A DNA stretch of 64,000 nt. Source: Macrostomum lignano. Taxonomy: Eukaryota. Numbering within the stretch: the stretch's first letter is position 1; every line of letters begins with the position of its first letter. A program made the position numbers and the translations under genes. The notes under the pieces were generated by a model that ran no database searches, was not told the origin of the DNA, and saw nothing but the letters and a program-made list of their open reading frames with translations. Below are positions 13,245 to 23,938 of this stretch, one piece after another. The DNA is taken from assembly GCA_002269645.1 (NCBI GenBank), contig NIVC01001291.1:62001-126000 (forward strand), in the 5' to 3' direction.

Positions 13245-15039
13245 CCGTCCTTAGTAATATGCACCCCATTCAAATAAACTGGATCTGCACCTGTGTGATA
13301 AGGATGGATTCAACTGCAACAGCAGCAAGAAATGGTTTTACCGCGAATGAAACACTGGTGCGATACTTTGAGCATTTTATTGAGCTTTGCTGCTTTCATA
13401 CAGTTGACAAAATGCTAGGCCTAGGCCCTAGTCGATGAAGTGCTGGTTGACATTGACAAAACGAAATGTCTGGTTAGGCCTACTGGAAATTTGACCTCTA
13501 ATATAAAGACTATTTTTTTAATATGTAGGCCTACCGTAAAATGGTTAGCGAACGTTATGCAGGTGCAGGTCCACTTGACCCGGGACCCGGCAACGGCAAC
13601 GGCAGTACCTAGTAATTGTATTGCACTTGAATTAACCTCTCAGTCTCACAATGAAGTAGACAGAAAAAAAACAGGGAGAAGTTGAATAGCAAGTATTTTT
13701 TGGATAATTTACAACTATTTAAATATATTAATGAGACATGATGGTATCGTTCATTTGAGTAATCAGGGACTAGGGATGCTTTTAAGCCAAAGAGTAAAAA
13801 TGTCTAATATGGTCATTTAAATCAGTGCGAATAAATCCTAAAAGCGTGAATTACGTAAATAAAAGTTTATTTATGTATTATAAAATGCAGGATTCAACGC
13901 GAACTGGAATCACAGTAAAATTCGTGTTATTAGAGCACTTCGTGTTTTATGTATGGAACATCGTTAGATTAGAAATTTCCCACAAAGCAACACCCATTCT
14001 TAGTGAATAGGCTGGCTTTATGGCCGGCGGTTTGAGGACCTTTAAGGATCGATGTCACAAGTCTGGAAAAGCAACTCTCAGTGTGTTTTTTCTCCTATTT
14101 TTTTAGTTTTTATATGACCTATGCTCGTCTGACTGTCACTTTTGGGCCGTTTTGGCTCCAAAAATTATAGGAGTTTGAAACTCGGTTTACCTAGGCCTAC
14201 TTAAAAACTAATTAAACTTTTGGTTAATGGCTCACAATTGCCAACGTCTGCTGTATACTGTATCATGACTCGCCAGTACTAGAATCCCCTGCAAAATGTC
14301 CTCTCTGTCCCTATACGGTTAATGCGATCCATTTTGTCTTGGCAACGTTTCTTTAATCGGCTGTGTCCTCGAGATTGACAGTAAAAGGAGGACACGGGTT
14401 GTGGCGGCGGATAGCCTAGCTAATCTACGTAATAGTTGATTTCTACCTTCAAGTTCTCTCTGCTTGTCTCTCGCTGACCTCTTAATTATATAGGACCTAG
14501 CTGCTGCCACATATATCTTCGCTTTACCTCGAGGCATCGATTAAATGTTTTGAAGGCCGAACCCAGCATAAGCTGCACTAAACTAGATCAACTGCTTATT
14601 ATGTACAAATGTACCTACACAGGTGTGTGCAATTCGTAAATATATGTGCGTGTTAGACTCTCAGCATTGAACATCCTGGAATGCCTAAGCGATATCAACT
14701 GCAATGATCGACATCTGTATAGCAGGAATCTGTAAGTTTGTGAAACAAACAGACACACTGGGGGGCAGCGTCCTCCAACAGACAGTCTACGAACACGCGC
14801 TTGTCCTCGATGTTAGAGCACCTGCTGCATTAGCACCCACCCACCAATAGGTGTACATCATGCTGAATAAAAGCAACTTCACAAAGAAAAATAACTATTG
14901 CTCACAAGCAGATTTTCTGATTCGTCTTGGATAATATAATCATTTACATGTATTTTAAAAATCTAATCAATTTGAAAGGGTTAAAAAACTTGATCTAGGC
15001 AACCAAGTGTCCATATTCTGACCATAATTACACGTGTGG

Positions 15040-18000
15040 CTACAGAGTTCCGCCTTTGTAAGCTACTCGAATTTCAAACGTCCTGATTTCCATAGGCCTC
15101 AGCGTCATCTCGAGCGACTTGGTGAGCGGTCCCCTGCGAGATTGCTGATCAACTGCCTCTGTCTGCATGGAGCGCCACTTCAGCCGGGTCTGATCCGCCA
15201 GGCGCTGGTTGGCGGACAAATTCAACTCAACGGCATCCAGGATGGCGAACGCGGAAAATGTGGCTCCCAAATCGACTGTGACCGGCCCAGAATGAGCTGA
15301 CGATTCGTTTGCTTGAAAGATGTTCTCCAGCCGGAGTAGCAGTCGGTCGGGACTTTGACGCCAGGGCTCCAGAGTGAGAATCTGGACGCTGTCCGGCAGC
15401 GGAGCGGTCAAGGCGCTCCATTGGCACCAAGCGGAACGCGGCTGCAGCAGCGAGAAAGTCACCAGGGGAGAGCGGTGCCGCTGACTTGCCAGCAAGCGGT
15501 AGCGATCGGCAGAGGCCGCCGGCTCAGCCAGGAAGTACCAGTGGCTGGTCTTCACCACCAGGCCCCGGCCGTCGGAGCCGCGCTCACGCAGGGCTTCGCC
15601 AACGCCAAATCCGTCGTCATCGAGCGTCACTCGGTGCAACATCACGCTGAGCTGGCCTTCGGCTGGTCGCGAGGATGCGGCCGCGGCTCGGTCGGTCAGC
15701 ACCGTCAGCTGACGAGCGGCATCGGCAACGCTGACGATGGCGTTAGCAGGCCGGAACTGGGCGGCCTCTGGCCGGCTGGGGTCTCGCCGAGCCCGCATCA
15801 GCTGGCGGCCGTTCGAGTCCACCAGGAATTCGCCGGATGACGCCGACAGACCGTCGGCTGAATAGACGGCGACAACTTCCCGACCGACACCGTCGTCTAG
15901 CGGTAGCGGACCGACAGTCGACTCGGCTTCTAGATAGTTTGAACTGGCACCCGGATACTGCCTAGTAACCAGGTACGCCCAGTCGTTGTAGTTAAAATGG
16001 GTTTCGTTGACTACGGGACCGATCACTTGGGCTTGAATGCGAGCGGATAGCGTCTGGGGTCGGTCCGTTGTTGGCCTGGGAAATTGTTTCACAGCTCAAG
16101 TACAGTTACGAGCTAAGATTTAGAGTCACGCATCTTAAGACCCACCTCAGTCACTTCAGGAAGCCCCAGATCAGTCACTTCAGGAAGTCCCACATCAGTC
16201 ACTTCAGGAAGTCCCACATCAGTCACTTCAGGAAGCCCCAGATCAGTCACTTCAGGAAGTCCCACATCAGTCACTTCAGGAAGTCCCACATCAGTCACTT
16301 CAGGAAGCCCCAGATCAGTCACTTCAGGAAGTCCCACATCAGTCACCTCAGGAAGTCCCACATCAGTCACTTCAGGAAGCCCCAGATCAGTCACTTCAGG
16401 AAGGCGCTACCAAACTCACCCACCTCAGGCACTTCAAGGGGAAGGAAACAACATACATGTACGACAACTTCCGCTTACACACCTGAACACGTAGGCCCCA
16501 GACGGTCTGAACTGCTCTCCACTAGAGTTGCCGCGCATTCCAATGTAGAACGCCAGACCGACGCTAATTTCCGACGCCGAGCGACCCGCGTTGGTCGTCG
16601 GCAGAATCGGCGTGAACACGGACGCGCCCGGGTCCGTGGAGTTGCACGGCTCCACAGAGTACACAGCGTAGCCTAGCGGAGGAATCGAGGCTACGAAGAA
16701 CGCCAGCTCGTTGACAGCTATCGATAGGTTCCTCTCGGGCACCCGGAGAGTGCCATTGTTCACCGGGATTGTCTGCGAGGTGACAGGGGCTCCGGCTTCA
16801 TCCAGTACGCGGTAGTACCGTCCGGTCACGGGCAGCCTGGCCGAGTGCCAGCTCAATCTGCTGGCCGGATTGTAGAATGTGACGAAGAAGCGTCCGGTAG
16901 CCAGCTCGGACACCGGACAGTAGGACGCGTTCAGCAGCTCGCAGGCGCGCAGGGCGTCCCGCTGGCTGAGGTTGCCGAACTGCAGCTGGGCCAGGCGGGC
17001 CTGCCAGAGCGGGTCGCTTGACGCGATGCCGTCCGACAGGCGCAGGGCGTAGTCAAAGGCGACCGCCTGCTTCTCGGTGCCTGCAGGGGGCGAAGGCATT
17101 GGTATGCTTCTGATTGGGGAAAGCACACTGGAGAATTCTATTTTCTAGAACCTTCTTGATTTCACTAGGACCCTACATTCTCCGTGACATTGACATCCCT
17201 CATTGACATTGGCACCTCTGTTTGACATTGGAACCTCTGCTTGACATTGGAACCTCTGCTTGACATTGGAACCTCTGCTTGACATTGGAGCCTCTGCTTG
17301 ACATTGGAACCTCTGCTTGACATTGGAACCTCTGCTTGATATTGGAACCTCTGCTTGACATTGGAACCTCTGCTTGACATTGGAACCTCTGCTTGACATT
17401 GGAACCTCTGCTTGACATTGGAACCTCTGCTTGACATTGGAACCTCTGCTTGACATTGGAACCTCTGCTTTACATTGGAGCCTCTGCTTGACATTGGAGC
17501 CTCTGCTTGACATTGGAACCTCTGCTTGACATTGGAACCTCTGCTTGATATTGGAACCTCTGCTTGACATTGGAACCTCTGCTTGACATTGGAACCTCTG
17601 CTTGACATTGGAACCTTTGCTTGACATTGGCACCTCTGCTTGACATTGGAACCTCTGCCTGACATTGGAACCTCTGCTTGACATTGGAACCTCTGCTTGA
17701 CATTGGAACCTCTGCTTGACATTGGCACAAAAATACGCTCGTAGGCTGTCAGGGTCTTAAGAAGTCAGTCAGCGTCACAGGGCCAGGTACGGCTGCAAAC
17801 TGAAGGAGTCGCTGACGGCGCAACAGGTCGCTTGGACGGACCAGACCGGCGCGGCGATAGAGTACCGCGTTGGAGACTCGCTTGTGGCCGATCTTGAAAG
17901 CAGCGTGCAGCCTCCGTCAGCGTCCACTGCCTGGTTCGCACCCCACATCTCCTCATACGCCTTACACCTCCTCTAACACCTTACAGCCTCCTCTAACACC

Positions 18001-21000
18001 TCACAGCCTCCTCTAACACCTCACAGCATCCTTTAACACCTTACAGCCTCCTCTAACACCTCACAGCCTCCTCTAACACCTCACAGCCTCCTCTAACACC
18101 TCACAGCCTCCTCTAACACCTCACAGCCTCCTCTAACACCTCACAGCCTCCTCTAACACCTCACAGCCTCCTCTAACACCTCACAGCCTCCTCTAACACC
18201 TCACAGCCTTCTCTAACACCCCAAAGCCTCCTCTTACACCTCACAGCCTCCCCTAACACCTCACAGCCTCCTCTAATACCTCACAGCCTCTTCTAAAAAC
18301 TCACAGCCTTCTCTAACACCTCACAGCCTCCTCTAACACCTCACAGCCTCCTCTAACACCTCACAGCCTTCTCTAACACCTCACAGCCTCCTCTAACACC
18401 TCACAGCCTCCTCTAACACCTCACAGCCTCCTCTAACACCTCACAGCCTCCTCTAACACCCCAAAGCCTCCTCTTACACCTCACAGCCTCCTCTAACACC
18501 TCACAGCCTCCTCTAATACCTGACAGCCTCTTCTAACACCTCACAGCCTCCTCTAACACCTCACAGCCTCCTCTAACACCTCACAGCCTTCTCTAACACC
18601 CCAAAGCCTCCTCTTACACCTCACAGCCTCCCCTAACACCTCACAGCCTCCTCTAATACCTCACAGCCTCTTCTAACACCTCACAGCCTTCTCTAATACC
18701 TCACAGCCTCCTCTAACACCTCACAGCCTCCTCTAATACCTCACAGCCTCTTCTAACACCTCACAGCCTTCTCTAATACCTCACAGCCTCCTCTAACACC
18801 TCACAGCCTCCTCTAACACCTCACAGCCTTCTCTAACACCTCACAGCCTCCTCTAACACCTCACAGCCTCCTCTAACACCTCACAGCCTCCTCTAACACC
18901 TCACAGCCTCCTCTAACACCCCAAAGCCTCCTCTTACACCTCACAGCCTCCTCTAACACCTCACAGCCTCCTCTAATACCTCACAGCCTCTTCTAACACC
19001 TCACAGCCTCCTCTAACACCTCACAGCCTCCTCTAACACCTCACAGCCTCCTCTAACACCTCACAGCCTCTTCTAACACCTCACAGCCTCTTCTAACACC
19101 TCACAGCCTCCTCTAACACCTCACAGCCTCCTCTAACACCCCAAAGCCTCCTCTTACACCTCACAGCCTCCTCTAACACCTCACAGCCTCCTCTAATACC
19201 TCACAGCCTCTTCTAACACCTCACAGCCTCCTCTAACACCTCACAGCCTCCTCTAATACCTCACAGCCTCTTCTAACACCTCACAGCCTCTTCTAACACC
19301 TCACAGCCTCTTCTAACACCTCACAGACTCCTCTAACACCTCACAGACTCCTCGTTTCTCACCAGCCACTGCATCGTGATGCTGCGCCACCCCCTGCGCC
19401 TGCCGCAGGCGGTCCAGCCTCTCCGAGGCGTCGCCGAGCACGGCCGGTCCAACCGCCGCCAGCTGCTTGACCGCCTGCAGGTGGCCGGACGCCCACCTGA
19501 CCAGCCGCTTCAAAGCCGGCCGGCTGCTGTAGAATCCGGTCCAGTAGGAGTTCGGCCCGGACGCGTAGGGAAAAAAGTCGCCAGTCTTCACGGCGTAGGC
19601 GAGGCCCTCATCGTTCACAGCCTTGGTGTAGCAGTCGGGCGAGCTGTAGTAGGCGGTCAGGTTGTGCTGGCTGGTGTTGGCGTTCACAGCCGCAATCAGT
19701 TTGTCAATTATCTTGAAATTCTTCCTGGCATTCTCGTAGGCAAAGTCGCAGCCCATGGTGAGCAGCAAGTGGCTGGTGCGATGAGCCAGCCGGAGGAGGT
19801 CCACCTGCACGATGAACTTCCTGACGGCCTCGGCCACGTTGAAGTCGTGCAGTTGAGGGTCGTCCTGCACCGGCTGGTCGCCGCCTTCGTAGTTGGTGCC
19901 GGGCGGGTAGCAGTAGCCCGACACGAAGTCGCCGGCAAAGATGTCAGCCGAAGGGCTGCCGAGGTCCCGACTGGCGTGCCAAACCTTCGCGAGAGGCGCG
20001 GCGATGATATACACACCAGCCCATCACCTGTGTTACACACCAGCCCATCACCTGTGTTACACACCAGCCCATCACCTGTGTTACACACCAGCCCATCACC
20101 TGTGTTACACACCAGCCCATCACCTGTGTTACACACCAGCCCATCACCTGTGTTACGCACCAGCCCATCACCTGTGTTACGCACCAGCCCATCACCTGTG
20201 TTACACACCAGCCCATCACCTGTGTTACACACCAGCCCATCACCTGTGTTACACACCAGCCCATCACCTGTGTTACACACCAGCCCATCACCTGTGCTAC
20301 AAACCAGCCCATCACCTGTGCTACAAACCAGCCCATCACCTGTGCTACAAACCAGCCCATCACCTGTGTTACACGCCAGCCCATCACCTGTGTTACACAC
20401 CAGCCCATCACCTGTGTTACACACCAGCCCATCAACTGTGTTACACACCAGCCCATCACCTGTGTTACACACCAGCCCAACACCTGTGTTACACACCAGC
20501 CCATCACCTGTGTTACACACCAGCCCATCACCTGTGTTACACACCAGCCCATCACCTGTGTTACACACCAGCCCATCACCTGTGTTACACACCAGCCCAT
20601 CAACTGTGTTACACACCAGCCCATCACCTGTGTTACACACCAGCCCAACACCTGTGTTACACACCAGCCCATCACCTGTGTTACACACCAGCCCATCACC
20701 TGTGTTACACGCCAGCCCATCACCTGTGTTACACACCAGCCCATCACCTGTGTTACACACCAGCCCATCAACTGTGTTACACACCAGCCCATCACCTGTG
20801 TTACACACCAGCCCAACACCTGTGTTACACACCAGCCCATCACCTGTGTTACACACCAGCCCATCACCTGTGTTACACGCCAGCCCATCACCTGTGTTAC
20901 ACACCAGCCCATCACCTGTGTTACACACCAGCCCATCACCTGTGTTACACACCAGCCCATCACCTGTGTTACGCACCAGCCCATCACCTGTGTTACACAC

Positions 21001-23155
21001 CAGCCCATCACCTGTGTTACACACCAGCCCATCACCTGTGTTACACGCCAGCCCATCACCTGTGTTACACACCAGCCCATCACCTGTGTTACACACCAGC
21101 CCATCACCTGTGTTACACACCAGCCCATCACCTGTGTTACACACCAGCCCATCACCTGTGTTACACACCAGCCCATCACCTGTGTTACACACCAGCCCAT
21201 CACCTGTGTTACACACCAGCCCATCACCTGTGTTACACACCAGCCCATCACCTGTGTTACACACCAGCCCATCACCTGTGTTACACACCAGCCCATCACC
21301 TGTGTTACACACCAGCCCATCGCCTGTTTACTCTCTCCCTACCACTGCTGCACACTCTCCCTACCACTGTTGCACACTCTCTCCCCTGCTGCACACTCTC
21401 ACCCCTGCTGCACACGGACGAGTCATCCAGTCCAATGACTCACAAACTGCATTCTCCTCGTTATCACTCTCTGCACTTCATCCAGGAAGTGAATCCGAGC
21501 AAAGTAGAAGGCGTCCAGCCCCATCTGAGCTAGCAGGGCGGCGAACTCTTTGCTGTGGCCGAACGGATCAATTTGCCAGCCGACTCTCGGCCTGGCGCAG
21601 TCGCCGAACGTGTCATTCAAGAAGCGCATCCCCAGGGTCTGCTGGTCCACAATGTCCGCGTAGTGCGTGGTGGCTTCGTCGTTCATGCACCAGCCGCCCT
21701 GGGCGAAGTGCAGCTGCCCGTTGGCAACCAGTTGGCGGACCTGACCGAGGTGGACGAATTTAAAACATTTTTTGCGCTTCACTTTGCTACTTTAAGTAGG
21801 AATGATGGCTTTCAGCTGATTTTTTTCTTGTGAGTTTAGTAACAATCGAAATGGGAGCAACTAAATGACAAATTGGCAACTAATTGAGCAATTGGCAACT
21901 AATTGAGCAATTGGCAACTAATTGAGCAATTGGCAACTAATTGACTAATTGGCAACTAATTGACTAATTGGCAACTAATTGACTAATTGGCAACTCATTG
22001 ACTGCCGACAGTTTGACAGATTGATCTAATAGGGTTTAGGTTAGGGTTAGGTACATGTATTAGGCAAGGTTTAAGGTTTAGGGACTAGGGTTAGTAAGGG
22101 TTTAAGGATAGGATTAAGGTTAGGTTAAGGTTAGGGTTTATGGTTGGGAGATATGGGTAAGGGATTAGGGTTGGGTTAGGGATTAGGGTTGGGTTAGGGA
22201 TTAGGGTTGGGTTAGGGATTAGGGTTGGGTTAGGGATTAGGGTTGGGTTAGGGATTAGGGTTGGGTTAGGGATCAGGGTTGGGTTAGGGATCAGGGTTGG
22301 GTTAGGGATCAGGGTTGGGTTAGGGATCAGGGTTGGGTTAGGGATCAGGGTTGGGTTAGGGATTAGGGTTGGGTTAGGGATTAGGGTTGGGTTAGGGATT
22401 AGGGTTGGGTTAGGGATCAGGGTTGGGTTAGGGATTAGGGTTGGGTTAGGGATCAGGGTTGGGTTAGGGATTAGGGTTGGGTTAGGGATCAGGGTTGGGT
22501 TAGGGATTAGGGTTGGGTTAGGGATCAGGGTTGGGTTAGGGATTAGGGTTGGGCTAGGGATCAGGGTTGGGTTAGGGATTAGGGTTGGGTTAGGGATCAG
22601 GGTTGGGTTAGAGATTAGGGTTGGGTTAGGGATTAGGGTTGGGTTAGGGATTAGGGTTATGTTCTGCAGTCAATTCGTGGCATTCATGTGTCACAGACCC
22701 AACAGAAATAAAACCTGCATCATCTAATCGATAATCCATGGGGCAGTTTTTTCTGAGGTCCTGAGCTTGACCCCGAGATCTAGCACCTTTAACTTGTCAT
22801 TGCTGTCAATGTGAATTCGCACCTGGTCCCTAGTGGAATTACTCTGCTCCCGCCACCATCGATAAAAAAATGCCATCTCGACATAAGTGAATTTCCTCTT
22901 GGAATCGAGGCTCAGCTCGCGAATGACATTGTCCAGAATGAACTGCACTCTGTAGTAATAGTACTGGTCCACCGTCCGCAGCCAGCCAACATCGTCGTGA
23001 GTGTGCGGCACAATGTGCAGGTTCACTCGGCGAGGCACAGCAGCGGGACAGCCGTTGTAGCCGCAGCTGGCGCTTGTCGCTGCAGCTCCGGGCACTTCAG
23101 CTGCTGTCAGCAGCAGCAGCAGCAGCGACGGCAGAAGTGCAGTGTGCATCTTCAT
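15040..23155 (-). CDS. MAN2B1: Lysosomal alpha-mannosidase (GH38), 5 exons: 23155-22823, 21740-21444, 19984-19363, 17080-16483, 16075-15040; about 960 aa
   Basis: Signal peptide; HTHDDVGWL zinc site; WQIDPFGH nucleophile; MGCDF acid/base; [10 protein letters not shown]; QHHDAVAG; SGAYVFRP; TDRA/HR motifs. All four introns are GT-AG with consistent phases 0,0,1,2. Confidence 0.95.
16141..16404. repeat. 24-bp minisatellite (CAGTCACTTCAGGAAGTCCCACAT)n in mannosidase intron 4
   Basis: About 11 copies with a periodic GCCCCAGAT variant. Confidence 0.95.
17205..17728. repeat. 19-bp minisatellite (TTGACATTGGAACCTCTGC)n in mannosidase intron 3
   Basis: About 27 copies visible. Confidence 0.95.
17760..17940 (-). 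mobile_element. Decayed non-LTR retrotransposon (RTE-like) 3' fragment in mannosidase intron 3
   Basis: Reverse complement aligns with 33050-33220 (TGGACGCTGACGGA, TTCAAGATCGGC, ATCGCCGCGCC, CTGTTGCGCCGTC). Confidence 0.7.
17958..19352. repeat. 20-bp minisatellite (TCACAGCCTCCTCTAACACC)n in mannosidase intron 3
   Basis: About 70 copies; begins about 10 nt inside the intron donor. Confidence 0.96.
20010..21322. repeat. 24-bp minisatellite (ACACACCAGCCCATCACCTGTGTT)n in mannosidase intron 2
   Basis: About 54 copies; source of the [16 protein letters not shown] pseudo-ORFs. Confidence 0.96.
21868..21998. repeat. Short 19-bp tandem repeat (AATTGAGC/ACTAATTGGCAACT) in mannosidase intron 1
   Basis: About 6-7 copies. 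Confidence 0.85.
22031..22639. repeat. Interstitial telomere-like array, 18-bp unit ATTAGGG-TTGGG-TTAGGG, in mannosidase intron 1
   Basis: Directly visible; degenerate TTAGGG-like lead-in from about 22031, regular array from about 22160. Confidence 0.93.
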
Positions 23156-23261
23156 TAGATGCCACTGCTTCGGGGAATAGAGAAATAATGTCCAAAGTCG
23201 TGAAATATAAAAATTATCAAAAGAGATATCTCTTTTTTTCTTTTTTTCTCCCTCAGTGCTT

Positions 23262-23938
23262 GAATCTGCCTTTCTGCTCCCTCAGTGCTTGAATCTGCCT
23301 CTCTCCGCCCTCAGTGCTTGAATCTGCCTCTCTCCGCCCTCAGTGCTTGAATCTGCCTCTCTCCGCTCCCTCAGTGCTTGAATCTGCCTCTCTCCGCCCT
23401 CAGTGCTTGAATCTGCCTGTCTCCGCCCTCAGTGCTTGAATCTGCCTCTCTCCGCCCTCAGTGCTTGAATCTGCCTCTCTCCGCCCTCAGTGCTTGAATC
23501 TGCCTCAATCCTCTCACTCAGTGCTTGAATCTGCCTCAATCCTCTCACTCAGTGCTTGAATCTGCCTCAATCCTCTCACTCAGTGCTTGAATCTGCCTCA
23601 ATCCTCTCACTCAGTGCTTGAATCTGCCTCAATCCTCTCACTCAGTGCTTGAATCTGCCTCAATCCTCTCACTCAGTGCTTGAATCTGCCTCAATCCTCT
23701 CACTCAGTGCTTGAATCTGCCTCAATCCTCTCACTCAGTGCTTGAATCTGCCTCAATCCTCTCACTCAGTGCATGAATCTGCCTCAATCCTCTCACTCAG
23801 TGCTTGAATCTGCCTCAATCCTCTCACTCAGTGCTTGAATCTGCCTCAATCCTCTCACTCAGTGCATGAATCTGCCTCAATCCTCTCACTCAGTGCTTGA
23901 ATCTGCCTCAATCCTCTCACTCAGTGCTTGAATCTGCT
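23262..23938. repeat. Two-part minisatellite with core CAGTGCTTGAATCTGCCT (29-bp units, then 31-bp units) upstream of the mannosidase ATG
   Basis: Unit tail switches from CTCTCCGCCCT to CAATCCTCTCACT near 23505. Confidence 0.93.

Noticed and set aside
13121-13293. Possible hypermutated CAGGGGCGGATCCAG-type MITE ends
   Set aside because: The left end is too degenerate to establish a TIR and no TSD is visible.
14319-14537. 72-aa ORF MPRGKAKIY.. as a SAP130 first exon or transposase piece
   Set aside because: Its donor (CGAG|GTAAAG) is phase 1 relative to that ATG and incompatible with the phase-2 acceptor at 11581; no recognisable family.
19376-21763. 795-aa plus-strand ORF and the 530/534/458-aa ORFs
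   Set aside because: Antisense of mannosidase exons plus the stop-free 24-bp intronic repeat.
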